A DNA stretch of 64,000 nucleotides from Vitrella brassicaformis CCMP3155 (taxonomy: Eukaryota > Protista > Chromerida). The position numbers and the translations under genes are program-made. Below are positions 12,694-25,736 of the stretch, piece by piece. The DNA is taken from positions 76,803 through 140,802 of the forward strand of contig CDMY01000271.1 in the NCBI GenBank assembly GCA_001179505.1, read 5' to 3'. Position 1 is the stretch's first letter. Every line of letters starts with the position of its first letter. The notes beneath the pieces are model-generated. The model had not been told where the DNA came from. It worked only from the letters and a program-made list of their open reading frames with translations, and made no database searches.

Positions 12694-13142
12694 CGTGATC
12701 CAAGCAAGGGGATGGGATGCCTGACTAAGGTGCATGTGCAGAGTTTCTTTAGTGATTGTCGTGTGCTCTGTCTTGGCGAAGAGTGTGGTCGCCAGTGTGG
12801 CCTGGTAGTGCGGCACCTTCGGGCGAGCATCTTTTTGCTCACTCGCATGCTGTGCCTTCGGGCTGACGGCGGCCAGACAGTCGCTCTGACAGACGTGAGA
12901 TAGCGTGATATGTGATGATGCATGCTGCTTTTTTCTCTTCGTCATTGATTGTCCCTGCGAGCCTTGGAACGACTGCTGTAGCATATCAGTGTGAAGCTTA
13001 TGACTCACACACCATGTTTGTCTGTCTATCTGCCCGTTTGTCTGTTTGTCTGTCTTCTGTTGTGCATGTACATACATACATACATTTTGAGGGCGACTGA
13101 CTGGCTGTGAAAGACACGAGGCATTGAAGTGATCATCACACG

Positions 13143-14604
13143 ATGAAAGCGTCTCTTGTGTCATGCACTGTCTGCCTGTTGGCCTGCCTCGGCGCTGTGT
13201 CGGCTCTGCGCCGCCTCGTGCCGTCGGTGTCCATCCCCACACGAAAGATCGAGCGTATTGTCTTCAGCAAGTTCTTGTACTCCGAGGAGAAGAACTGCAC
13301 GAAGCAGCAAGTGAGTCCCGACAGAGAGCTGAAATTCAGCTTTGTCAGTCAGGACATCGCAGGTGAGTGAATACAGTGGCGAAGAAAGACATCTGTCGTC
13401 CGTCTGAGTGTCTGTTGGTCTGTGTGTCTCCGTGCTGTTTGTGCAGGGTGGCACAGTGGCTACGTGGAGGGCGGCGACAAGGCTGTTTACCATCTGGGCT
13501 CTGAGGACATGTTCTACAAGAAAGTAAGGGACCATCGCATCCAGCTACACATCCATACACGCACAAGAACAGACGGTTACTGCACCGTCGATCTGCTTTG
13601 TGCGTGCGCGTGTGTGTGTCTCGTCTGCAGCCCAAGATCAGCCCCCTCATGCCTGTGCCACAGATTGTCTCCGCCGCATCGCTCCGCAAGGCCATCATCC
13701 TCCGCAACTTCCAGTGCCCGTCGGCACACGTCTCCGTGGACGTCGCACTCGGCGCGCCGGGTGCCGTCAAGGCGGGAGCCGTCGGGCTTGTGCTGCGAGT
13801 GAGCATCCATGTGAAGCAAAGCCAATCGAGACACATTGTCTGCGTGTGTTGCGCGGCAGGCATACGACACAGAGAACTTCTTTGTCATCATGATCAACAT
13901 CAATGCTGTATGTATGCGGGACTCACAAACGGAAGCATGTCGGCCGCCACCGGTGTCTGTGTCTCTCTGCAGGTCGAGTTGTATCAAGTGGTGGACGGCG
14001 AGGCGACTGTTCTGGACACCAAGAAGAAGTGGGGCGACGGAAGAGAAGTTCAGCTCCAAGGTCAGGCAGGCATTCAGAGAGAGAGCGACCCACTTGTTGC
14101 TGTGCGGATGTGTGTAGGCTATCCCCAGTTCTACCGATTGGTTCTCGATGACGACTTAGGCGACGTTACGGTGTCGCTCACGAGCCTCCAGGAGGGCGTG
14201 CAACAGGACCTCAACTACACACGACCCCAACAATCACCCTCGGAACTCGCCAACCCGAAGGTAAGACACATAGCTCCAGAAGACACGAAAGATGACCGGT
14301 TGTGTCTCGATCCGTCAGAATCTCCCTCTGCCTCCGTGTATCTCTGTCAGGCTCAGGCGATTGGTCTTGTGACTTCGAATGGCGGCGGCTCGTTCAAGAA
14401 GCTGTCTGTGGAACCGATCGGTGAAAAACTATGTACCCATCTCATCCATCCTCAGTCCTTGCTCGGGTTGCATGTGTGTCGATGCATGCAGACTACGAGG
14501 CGCTGTTGCCTCCCAATCCGCCCCAAGTGACGCCTGCGCCCTTCAGCATTTCTGGCGGCGGCAAACAGGGCCTACACCCAGAGAGTGGCACGGATTACTG
14601 GTAA
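13143..14604 (+). CDS. Secreted protein with a ConA-like (levanase/LamG-type lectin) beta-sandwich domain
   Basis: Signal peptide MKASLVSCTVCLLACLGAVSA. Spliced exons give RNFQCPSAHVSVDVALG..GAVGLVLRAYDTENFFVIMININAVELYQVVDGEATVL..FYRLVL..AIGLVTSNGGGSFKKLSV, the G-x-x-x-R-x-x-D-x-x-N-F pattern of this fold. Confidence 0.65.
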
Positions 14605-15228
14605 CAGCAGCGCCAACGCAGCAGACTGAAAGTCGAATGGAAAGACGTTGATTGGTTGCCTTGTGTGTGTGCAGTCCCCCTGGCGCTCTCTGTGCTCCCG
14701 AACCTTACAAAGCCTTCCATGTCGATTAAGTGATCACCAGGACAGTGTCGCGTCACATACAGACATGCAGTGACTGAGCAGCAGCCAATCACCATTCAAG
14801 CGCATCATGTAAGTGTTCACGTCTCCTCTACGCTCTTCTTCTACACGCACCCATCTATTCAGCCACCCATCTATTCAGCCACCCATCTATTCATGTGAAG
14901 CTACCGATCCATCGATGCAATGCCATACGCGACACACACGCAGATTCGCCGAGCTGCATCATCACACATGCTGCAGGTACAATCGTTCGTGCCTCACTTG
15001 CCATGTATTGAGTCTTCCTCGCCGGAGCTCCTTCAACTTGGCCCCGGCCCCAAAAAATGGCGAACTTCCCCTCGGCCCCCTCTTGAAGCTGTGTGAAGGA
15101 AATCAGTGCAAGATGCAGCGCCCCCCCGCCACACGTTGGGAGCCCAAGACGATGATGGGGAAGGGCAAGAAGCCTCTATCGCCCGAGGACGATAGCGAGG
15201 ACGAACAGCCCCCTCCCCCTTCCTTTCC

Positions 15229-15528
15229 NNNNNNNNNNNNNNNNNNNNNNNNNNNNNNNNNNNNNNNNNNNNNNNNNNNNNNNNNNNNNNNNNNNNNNNN
15301 NNNNNNNNNNNNNNNNNNNNNNNNNNNNNNNNNNNNNNNNNNNNNNNNNNNNNNNNNNNNNNNNNNNNNNNNNNNNNNNNNNNNNNNNNNNNNNNNNNNN
15401 NNNNNNNNNNNNNNNNNNNNNNNNNNNNNNNNNNNNNNNNNNNNNNNNNNNNNNNNNNNNNNNNNNNNNNNNNNNNNNNNNNNNNNNNNNNNNNNNNNNN
15501 NNNNNNNNNNNNNNNNNNNNNNNNNNNN
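15229..15528. other. Assembly gap (300 N) flanked by C-rich sequence
   Basis: Run of N seen directly. Confidence 1.
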
Positions 15529-15708
15529 CCCCCCCCGGCCCAGCCTTCTCCTCCCCCGTCACCTCCCTCTCCCGTCCCCTGCCTCCCCCTGACGGGCTTA
15601 TCCCATCCCCCATCACACATACCCACTCCCCACCCCGTCGACGACGACCTGATAGGCTGTTTGGATTTGCTCCAGTGTCTGTTTCTGGTTGTGGCTCAGA
15701 CCGAGGTG

Positions 15709-18700
15709 ATGAAGAGTATCCTGGACATGGACATGCCACCATGTGCAGCAAAAGAACTCCAACATCCACGCGACCACAAGTGAGGAAGAATGAAGGAGAC
15801 ATGTACGAGCACATAATCCTGGCAAGTGAAATGTGTGTCTGTCTGCATAGCTCTCACCATTCTGGTACACTCTTCAGTCGCTCTAGCGATATGGAGGCAA
15901 AGGGGACTCGAGAGAGCCGGAAGAAGGATTTCGTGACGACAATTGAGAAGTGAGACATCAAACACATCTAGTTGTGTGTGGTGTGTATATCATCTGTTTT
16001 TCTCCATCCAGAGCAAAGCAAATTGCCGTTCGGTTCCTTCGTCAGCTGACGTTGAAATTGGATGAGTATCAAGCCGGTCAGACGATTGATACATTCTATC
16101 CACAGCTCAAAGACAGCGAACGACAGTCTCATCAGAAGGAGCGGGAGTCTTGGGAGGACAAGTCATCAAGCACTTCATTCGGGAAAGTGATGGACTTCAT
16201 CTTGAGGCATTCTTCCTACTGGGATCGTAAGCAGAGGACTATTGATGCAAGCCTACTGTGTCTCGCCTGCATCTTTCCTTTATTTCACTCTCTGCATCTG
16301 CATCAGTTCAATACTCAGACTCTCTTGAGGAACGTCTTGAAAACCGAATTCGACGGATGGGCGGGGTTTTTCCAAGCAACAACATGGAAGACGACCTGAA
16401 GGCCCTTCTTCGGGCATACTTCTTGTTGTCCGAGCGCTTTGTACGGCTCGTGAGCTATTCAAGCGAAAGGGCTATTCAAGAGAAGAACATGGACTTCAGA
16501 GTTCAAGAAACAATAGTCGTTCGCCAGCCAGCCAATGTCACCAAAGAGATGATCGCCAGGGATCAGGCGGAGCTCAGAAAGCCAGCTCCCGCCCCTTCTT
16601 TCTTAGCTGGGACTGCGGGGGACCTAAAGGGTGATCTGGCGCGCCCTCTGCGACGATCGAGTTGTGTTGAAGATGCTAGAGGACAGCTGGCGGCTATGGA
16701 GGTTATCCTTCAAGACAGGAACCGTGACCAGCTTAATCGTCAGAGTGATGATCAGCCGCTCACCTATCGATCCTGCCAGCCAGTAAGCAGGAGAGAGAGG
16801 CAGATGCGAGAATGCGCATCTGATCACTTAAAGCGTGTCTCTCGATGTTTAGGCTGTGGATGCGTTAAGAGGACGCTCCTATACAGCCGGGGAGAGCATG
16901 TTGCGTTGGCAGCTTCAGATGTTCGACAAAGCATCGCGGTCCACTTCTCGACTGCAGCCTGAGACACCTGCTATGGAGACAGCAAAGGACTTGTTCTCCG
17001 TGGCACTGCCGGCAGCTGTGGTGTTCGCCAGAAGTCCGTCTCTGCCTCCGCTGGAGTCAGTGATAGCGGCTGCTTCAATAGGAAAGGTAGCTCCGTCAGC
17101 GCAGAACAAAAAAGAATGCAGACGGGGATACAGCGACGCCAATCACTGCGTCTCATCCTTTCTTCACTGCTCTGTTTTCGTTCAGAATGCGCCTGAGGAA
17201 GATACGGACGCTCACCCACCTTCGCTGCAGGCAAGTGATGTGTGCCTACCGCTCAGTGTGCGGCGTGCGATGCTCGTTTCCGGCTTGTCACTGGAGGATA
17301 TCTCGGCGATGCAGGGGCAACAATATGGAGAGGAGAGCGGCCTATCGGACGAAAATACATGGAGACGCCCTCCAAATGTAAGTCACCTCAAAATTAAAAG
17401 AACTGGCTGTCGCACACCATGATTAATTACTGCTGAGTGCTTGTATCAGGCTGGTGTGGTGGAGGAGACACCGGATTGGAATGACGAGATAAATGCCAAG
17501 ATTGCAGCGGCGCAAGCAAACAGGGTACGAGAACTAGAGCACGACATCGAGGAGCTGCAGCGTCAGAAAGGGAAGACGGACGAAGAGAACGCGGCCCTTA
17601 AAAACGACATTCGGGCGGTGAAGAATGAGAAGGAGCGGATGGAGACGGACACAAAGAACCTATGGCGGTGTAACAGCGAACTCCGTCAACACCTGGAGTT
17701 GGCCGAGCAGCACGAGAATAATATCAAGGATCTCTTACAGCAAAACAGAACGGCTCTGAGCGAGCAGGTACGGTCCCGGTATCTGAACACTTTAAGCACA
17801 CACTTGTCTATCACTCAAACATTCACTAGCATGCGTCGATTGCCGCGTGTTTGTCCCTTCTTACAGTTCCCACAAGTCCTGCAGAGGATGTCGAGGCTGG
17901 AAGAGAGACACGAGGAACTGAACAACACTGTGATGACTGAACTTCCTCGTCTCAAACCACCCCCCTCCCGCGCAGACGAGAAGCTCACCGAGGTGCTGCA
18001 AAAGCTCTGTCACTTAGAGGATCTCGAGGCCAAGATGACGGACATGCTCGTCAGCATCCACGCGAAGGAAGCCGCCCAGGCATCGAGCCCCACATCACCC
18101 CGTAACAAGGCGGTCGTACAAGAAATCGTGAAGGAGCTGCGAACGGAATTCGAGGAGCCGTTACAGAGACTCGGCACTTTCCCGGCCGCCTTCGAGGCAG
18201 AAGTGCAGAAGCTTGGCAAGCTGCATGGCGATATGGAGGGAGTCTTGTGCAGCCAAGCCAACGCTGATGCCATCAAGCCGTCGACTTCCGACAGCAGTCC
18301 GCCCCCGATGACTGATGTGGCCGTTCCCGCCGCGCTAGAGCGAAAAGGATCGTTGTTCAGTGAAGTAGTTGACGCAGAAGCACAGGGAAAGGTAGTTCAG
18401 TCAGACAAGACCCAATAAAAGCCTCATTTATGGATATCGACCTCGCGCTTCATGTCGTGCTTCTGCGCAGTTGAAGGAGGCACAAGAGACCATTGAGAAT
18501 CTCAGAGGAGAACTTGCGCAGGCCGCAGGGCTGAGGGATCGGCTCGAGACCAAGACAGACAAATTGGAGTACAATCCACCATCCTTGAGCCATTGAGAAT
18601 CGAATCGCTCATGGCGTGTGTGTCTCGATCGATGTTCGGTGTGTGTCTTAGGCAAGCGCTGCACGACAGTGAGCTGGAGAGGACAACCGTCTACGGAGAG

Positions 18701-21700
18701 TTCTCGAAGCTCAAAGAGTGCATCCAGGACCAAGGCGTAAGGATACAGTTCATGGAACAAGAGCTGGTGGCCACCCGAGAGCGCGATGGGGCCAATGAAG
18801 AAAAACTGCTGTTTGTCATGTCAAAACTGCAGGAAAGGGTTGCATCTCTCACGAAGCGTGTGGCAGAGCTCGATGCTCAGGTAAAAGGTGGAAATGGTCA
18901 CTTCTCGAAAGATGTATCATTATATTGCGGTGATTTTTGCTTCATTGTCAGCTTGAAGAGAAAGACGAGGCCCTCAGGAAGGCTCAATTGGAAATTCAGC
19001 GAGAGAAGGAGGCACGCAAGCGGCTGGACGACGAGACACAGCAGCGACTGACAGCGCTTCAAGCCGTCAATGATCGCTGGGACAAGACGCAGACCTTTGA
19101 AGAGCTGGGAGATGGACTCAAGGGAGAGCTGCAGTTCATGCGAGAGGACAAGAAGAAGCTGCAAGAGCAGCACGACAAGCTTGCCACGGAACTAGTTCAG
19201 GTGCGTGCTGATAAGCACTCATGCGACAGGGCTCACAGCGAAACGATGAAGGAGCTCATCGCGGCACGTTCCGAGGCATCCAAGAAGAGCAAGGAGCTGG
19301 AAATCTGCCAGCTTGAGGCTGGTAAGACAGAAAGTCATTGCACTCTCTCGAGTCACTTGTTCTCTTCTTCTTGTCTTTCCCATACAGAGCTTTTGAAAAC
19401 GGAAATGAATGCTGCACTCGCCGAGAGCAAAGGGCTACGCGAGCAGCACGCTGCCGAATTGGGAAAGCTGCGCATGAAGGAGCAGATCCTGGAGCAACAG
19501 ATTGAGCAGATGCAGCAAGAGATGTCGCACGCCAGGGCGGAGAGCGACCGGCAGCTGACAGAGCTGAGAGAGCAGGTCAGTGGACAACATGACTAAAACA
19601 TGATGCACGGGCGATTGGTGGCAATATGTGTGCAGGTCAAGGAAAAGGACTGTGAATTGCAGAAGATGATCGGCGCCTACAAAGCCCTCGAGGAGGAGAA
19701 GGCAGCCCAACAGGCGCACTACACAACGACCCTACACGAACAGGCAACCAAAGGAGAGAGACACGACCACACAGCACAGCCCCAGACATTTTGGCGTTCT
19801 TGTCTGCAGAAAGCCGAGCTACAAGGACAGCTGGTGGCTCTGACCGATCAGCTGAGCAGCGCCGAGGCCGAGAAGGCAGCTTTTGAGGTGAAGCGGGATG
19901 CCCTGCAGCAGTTGGTGGACAACATGATAATGGAAAAGGACGAGATCGATAGCGAGCTTAAAGACTTGAAACAAAACAGGGTGCAAAGTGACCGACAGCT
20001 GACAGAGTTGGGTACACAGGTCAGCGGGCTACAGGGGGTGAGGCACAATGCAGAATGGATGATTGGTGGCGGTATGCTGCAGGTCAACGAGAAAGACGCT
20101 GAACTGCGGAAGATGGCCGAGGCTTACAAAGCCCTCGAGGAGAAGGCAGCCCAGGAAGCGCGGCACACTAACACCCTCAACCAACAGGTTAGTAACCAAA
20201 TGAGAGAGGCAAATGGCAACAAGAGAGCGATCGGCATCCTTCATCGATGGTCGTGTTCATAATGTATATTCCTGTGGGTTGGTGTCTCGTCTTTTTTCCG
20301 TTATCATGTCAGCTCAAAAAGACCTTTGAAGGGCTGGCAGATGGCCTCAAGGGAGAGCTGCACTCCATGCGAGAGGACAAGGCCAAGCTGCAAGAGCAAA
20401 ACGACAAGCTTGCCGCGGAACTAGCTCAAGTGCGTGCTGATGAGCATTCAGGTGACAAGGCTCACAGCGAAACGATGAAGGAGCTTATGGCGGCGCGTGT
20501 TGAGGCATCCAACAAGAGCAAAGAGATTGCTGATATCACCGCGCAGCTGGACAAGTGCCAGCTTGAACCTGGTAAGACAGAAAGCAGTCATTCTTTCTCG
20601 ACTCACTGTTGTCTTCTTCTTACTGTCTTTCATATTCAGAGCGGGTGAGAACAGACACTCGAGCGACGGAGGAGGCTGCAGCCAACATCGACGCACTACA
20701 GAAGCAGAATCAAGTGGGCGAAAAGGATTAAGTACTCACTGCATATCATCTTGTGGCTCTCGTCCCTCTTTTCAGGATCTGAGAAGCCGTGAGGTTGCCA
20801 GGAAGAGTGAGAGAGACGCGGCCATGCAGGACCTCGAGCGCGTCAACAAGACAGAGGTGAGCATGGTGCATTGGTCAAAGGTGGAAGCGTGGGCAAAGGC
20901 ATGTCTGTATCATGGCTCTCACGTATGCAGGAGGCCACTCGCAAGCACAATGAAGAGCTCAAGAAGAAGATTAAGGAAATGAGCGAGGAGATGAAGATCC
21001 TCAACGACCGCCATCAGCGACCCAACGTACGAAACAAGACGCTTCATGGGCTTCCCTGCATGTCAATCATCCCTCCTGTCTGGTGTTGTTGTGTCGGCGG
21101 TACAGGAGGAGAGCACGCAGACTTTTGAACAGCTGGCAGACAACCTGAACTCCATGCGAGATGAGGGTAAGAACGCAGGCATGCTTGCACACATCTGCCA
21201 GCAGCCGCTGCTTTTGCCTTCCATACACACATACAGCAAAAGCATTCTGCCTTCTCATGTCTGTCTCTGACTGCAGTCAAGAATCGTTTGGAGGATATCG
21301 TGCGGGTGCTCAACAGTCACACGCATCATAACGGGTCGAGCAGGCCTGAGCAATCTGTAAGTGAAAGGCTCTCAGCACGCACTTGCTTCACATGCTTCCA
21401 TTTCATTTCAGGCTGAGCTGCGTTCGATATTGAGGGAATTGTCGAGTGAGGACATCGAGGAGAAAAGCAGAATGGCTGCATTTCTCCTCTGGAAGAGCGA
21501 TCCCCACAGACACGCCGACGAGGAGAAAAACTATTTTGAGGTACGGGAAGGCGAGATGGAGGATCAATCTGCCGTTTCTTGCCTTACCTTCACCTGCATG
21601 GACTTGTGCAGGCAAAAGCGAACGTGCTCCAGAGTATAATTCTTGATCGTCTGAAGCTTTCTCCTGAGCTGAGAGTGTTGTCGCAGCGTGAGGGGAGGGG

Positions 21701-21719
21701 GGAGGGGGCTAGCCCATAA
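15709..21719 (+). CDS. Large hypothetical coiled-coil protein with internally duplicated exons; true start may be upstream
   Basis: Many in-frame E/K/Q/L-rich exons (e.g. 17441-17767, 17868-18380, 18952-19321, 19388-19575, 20312-20571). Final exon is AKANVLQSIILDRLKL...GASP*. No P-loop or other catalytic motif seen. Confidence 0.7.
19091..20607 (+). repeat. Internal exon-block duplications within the coiled-coil gene
   Basis: About 19091-19352 resembles 20320-20607 (TFEELGDGLKGELQFMREDK vs TFEGLADGLKGELHSMREDK, including the donor ggtaagacagaaag). About 19540-19745 resembles 19985-20190 (SDRQLTEL..QVSG; VKEKDCELQKM vs VNEKDAELRKM). A third short copy lies near 21119. Confidence 0.9.
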
Positions 21720-22045
21720 GTCGTATCGGACGTATTGTTGTAAGGAAAGAAACGCTTCGGACGAGATCTCAGCCAGCAATCTCGTTGCTTGAATCTCCCT
21801 TAATATCATCTGCAGACACTATCTTAACCTCAACTGACACTTGAATCATGTCTCACACAATGCACCTCACTCCTTTCTTTTTTGCACTTCCTGCTCAAAA
21901 ATGCGTCCCTTGATCAGAAAAAGTCTCTTTCCCACCCTGACACGTGCAATGATCCCCCATTTTCTTTGCCATCGCGACATACGGAAAATGTGGAAGCGTC
22001 TGTTCTTGTACATCTGTATCTCTGCATATATGGTGAGGACAGCCG

Positions 22046-22089
<44 letters not shown>

Positions 22090-22093
22090 TGTG

Positions 22094-22782
22094 TGCCTGC
22101 CTGACCTTGGAGCTGAAGTTCTCTCCCGTCGCCCCACTTCTTCTTGGTGTCCAGAACAGTCGCCTCGCCGTCCACCACTTGGTGCAACTCGACCTGCGGA
22201 GAGACGTAAAGACACACAGAGACACCGGTGGGGGCCGACATGCTTCCTTTTGTGAGTCCCGCATACATACAGCATTGATGTTGATCATGATGACAAAGAA
22301 GTTCTCTGTGTCGTATGCCTGCCGCACAACACACGCAGACAATGTGTCTCGATTGGCTTTGCTTCACATGGATGCTCACTCGCAGCACAAGCCCGACGGC
22401 TCCCGCCTTGACGGCACCCGGCGCGCCGAGTGCGACGTCCACGGAGACGTGTGCCGACGGGCACTGGAAGTTGCGGAGGATGATGGCCTTGCGGAGCGAT
22501 GCGGCGGAGACAATCTGTGGCACAGGCATGAGGGGGCTGATCTTGGGCTGCAGACGAGACACACACACGCGCACGCACAAAGCAGATCGATGGTGCAGTA
22601 ACCGTCTGTTCTTGTGCGTGTATGGATGTGTAGCTGGATGCGATGGTCCTTTACTTTCTTGTAGAACATGTCCTCAGAGCCCAGACGGTAAACAGCCTTG
22701 TCGCCGCCCTCCACGTAGCCACTGTGCCACCCTGCACAAACAACACGGAGACACACAGACCAACAGACACTCAGACGGCGAC
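22094..22782 (-). pseudogene. Near-identical inverted partial copy of 13397-14072 (four internal exons of the secreted lectin-like gene, with introns); pseudogene or chimeric gene
   Basis: The reverse complement matches 13397-14072 apart from scattered substitutions (H>R, Y>H, V>L) and a small intronic insertion. The signal-peptide exon and the 3' exons are absent. Confidence 0.85.
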
Positions 22783-22859
22783 AATGTGCATGGAGGATTT
22801 AATCGAACGTAAATGGCGAGAATAGTGAGCGCGTCTTTTTGATTTCTGCACTGTTTCAT

Positions 22860-24390
22860 TTTCCGCATCGCGCCCATCCAAGGCCTAACGGCAATACCGC
22901 CCGCCGAGGAGCCACCTTCGCTCGACGACCTCCAGCACCCTTTTCATCAGCTCGTCTGGCGACAGATAAAGCACACATCGAGGAGCCAAGAGAGAGTATC
23001 CTCGAGAGGGTCGGTTGTGCGTGCCATGGGAGAGTGATGCCGACAAGGAGGGCGACGAACGATTGATACATTCTATCCACAGCTCAAAGACAGCGAACGA
23101 CAGTCTCATCAGAAGGAGCGGGAGTCTTGGGATGACAAGTCATCAAGCACTTCATTCGGGAAAGTGATGGACTTCATTTTGAGGCATTCTTCCTACTGGG
23201 ATCGTAAGCAGAGGACTGTGATTCAACCATGCTGTGTCTCGCCGGCATCTTTCCGCTCGAGGGCCTTTCGGCTGTTGATTGGTTGGTGTCCTCTCCTAAG
23301 CGTGTGACTGTTGCTCGCCTGGTGTGACTGCAATACACCGTCGGTCACAACTCCGCCAAGCAGGCCGTAATCCGTACAATCCGGTATCACAATGCAATTA
23401 CTCCTTACTGCTTGTTGCCTTGCATTGCACATGTGTGTGTGTGTGTGCTCAAGGTCCCAAGGATCACAAGGTGAGGCTGTATGTACCTGAGTATGGTGTC
23501 TTTGCATATCTTTTTTTTTCCCCTTTCAGTGCTGCATCCAGGAGGGGTTTAGCCAGGAGACGCTATCAAGGAATCAGACTGCGCGATCCCGAAGGACTTC
23601 GTGCTCATCAATTGGACCCATGGCAGCGATCAGGGACGGCAGATTGCACCCATGATGCGGAGGCTGCCACCACATCGACGAGACCTTCAGCTTTCGTACT
23701 CGAGCTTCAGCTTCCGCGGCGTGTACAAACCGCAAATCCCGAGGGTCGAGAGAATCTCCGATGTGAGATCGAGAGCGGCATCTGCTCAGGCACACACGCT
23801 GGTATCGTCTCCTGGACTGGGCGGGCTTCTGGCTTGCTAACGCTTATGTACTCGAATGAGCCGCTGCAGCCAAACAACGTCCGAGAGCCCTTTATAGATA
23901 TGAAAGCCCCTCGTCTTGACACGGACCTTGCTCGAGACGTCATTCAAACAGCCATTGAGGGCGACGGGAAGCTTCTGGATCAACTCGGGACGTGATCGCG
24001 CTTCCTGGACGTCTTCGGCTATTCGTGTGTGTGGCCGCCATGCTATCTGGCGTGTGACGAGTTGGGGAAGGCCCCGGAGGTCAAGGCGGCCCTCGGCGGA
24101 GGCTTCGCCACTGAGACCGAAGAGGGCGAAGTAACTCGAAGCCGGGCTTCCACCATCAAGGGCATGATCGACAAAGACGCCCGAGAGCTTCGAAAGACGC
24201 CCCCCGCCCCTCCTTCTCTGACGGGAGCTCCTCTTGACGTGTATGAGGATCTGCCGGGCCTGATGCGACAAGGGACTTGTGTTGAGGGACGAGGGCGGGC
24301 GACGGCCTTGGACATCCTCCTCCAAGACAAAACAGACGGCTTAGACCACGACAAAGGTGACGATCAGCCGCTCACCTATCGGTGTAGCCA
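22860..24390 (+). pseudogene. Diverged, probably disrupted paralog of the N-terminal region of the 15709-21719 gene
   Basis: KGMIDKDARELRKTPPAPPSLTG..CVEGRGRATALDILLQDK..DDQPLTYR (about 24160-24380) is homologous to KEMIARDQAELRKPAPAPSFLAG..CVEDARGQLAAMEVILQDR..DDQPLTYR (about 16545-16770). The upstream part has stops or frame changes. Confidence 0.55.
23059..23217 (+). repeat. Direct copy (about 159 bp, few mismatches) of 16082-16240
   Basis: acgattgatacattctatccacagctcaaagac...gggatcgtaagcagaggact occurs at both positions. Confidence 0.95.
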
Positions 24391-25736
24391 CTGTGTAAGC
24401 GCAACTGAGGGAATTAAGGAGAAAAGAGTGTATGTGTGTCTCCTCCCTCTTATTTAGGCCACAAGCAGGCCAAGCGAAGAGCGGAGAAGACAGCGGAGAA
24501 ATAGCGGCGGGCTGAGTACTACTGGATAGCGGCGTCGAGAAATAGCGGCAGCCGCCTCACCCTCGCCCGAAGAGGAAGACGGCAGGCGTAGGGCTGGTTG
24601 ATGGGCGGCCACTGTGTGCTGTGCAGGAAACCGGGGGTGTGAATATTCAGAAACGGAAGGCACGCGAGGCTGTGACGTGCCTGCCTTGCACACCCAGCCA
24701 TGTCTTCACCGATGAAGTCGATGCCATCGCCACAAGGAGGTAAGTGGCCACAGACGGTGTCCGTCGATCTGGTGAGTGGTCACATGCATCGGATGTGTGT
24801 CTTTCTACGTCCTTTCTGCAGGCATTTCGATGCGCAGACTGGATCGACACAGTTGACACTGCTGTGAGTGACCGCACAGTACTTTGATAGGTGCGAGACA
24901 GCCATGGATGGATGGATGGATTTCTCTCTTGTTGAATAGATGGGAAGCGAGACGGATAGAGGCCATCGTTGCCTACATTTTATATTGGTTGGGCTATTTG
25001 ACCGACACGAGACACGCATGAGTCGGATGGTGGTTCAACTGATTGCCTTCCGTCGCAGGAGATCAGTGGATGGTGACACCCCCGTACTCGAACAAGGCAT
25101 TGATTGCTGAAAAGCGCGTCACGAAGCCCAATGCGTCTTTGTGTGTGACGCGTTGTGTTGACCCTAATCAAATGGATGTACCTGTCTGTCGTGTGTTGAT
25201 TCATCCTGTCCGTGCTTGGCAGTTTGATTTGCCACACCAGAGCGAGCGAGCGAGCGAGCGAGCGAGCGGGGCATGGATTGCTACCGCCGCTGCTCTTTGT
25301 CAAAGGATGCATAAGAAGACAAAGAGTTGCAACCATCAATGCGTCTTGTGTGTGTGGTGTGGACGGCAATACCCTGCGACGCGGTGCTTGTGTCGAGAAG
25401 TGCTTTGAAGAAACTCGTCAGTCACCCGACAAACATGCATTCATTCATCGAGTGGTCCGGCTGAGCATGTTTGTGTACATGCCGGGCGTTGAGGAACATG
25501 ACCGATGGAATAATACTCTATACTCATTCAATTCGGACCGCATCCATGTGTCCCCCAGCAGATTCTGCTCAATCCCAAGACCAATGCAATGCCACTTCGT
25601 GCATAAGGTTGTATGGACAATCGATCGTTTATGCTACTGAACAGACCCACACATTGCTAGTAAAGGAATTGGCAGTGCTACGTGCAGTGCTCCCAATGCA
25701 ACACACCCACACACGTGAGGCGGCAAAGCAGCACAA

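Noticed and set aside
15709-21719. SMC, myosin or kinesin assignment for the coiled-coil gene
   Set aside because: No Walker A/B, hinge or motor motifs were found
22856-23080. Minus-strand ORF with a signal-peptide-like start (MDRMYQSFVALLVGITLPW) as a replacement first exon for the inverted lectin copy
   Set aside because: The only in-phase donor is weak (GTCGTC), and the ATG lies in the antisense of the duplicated 16082 fragment; unsupported without RNA data
24454-25700. Short ORFs and AGCGGAGAA/ATAGCGGC and (GAGC)n repeats
   Set aside because: Simple-sequence intergenic DNA; no terminal inverted repeats, TSDs or transposase motifs
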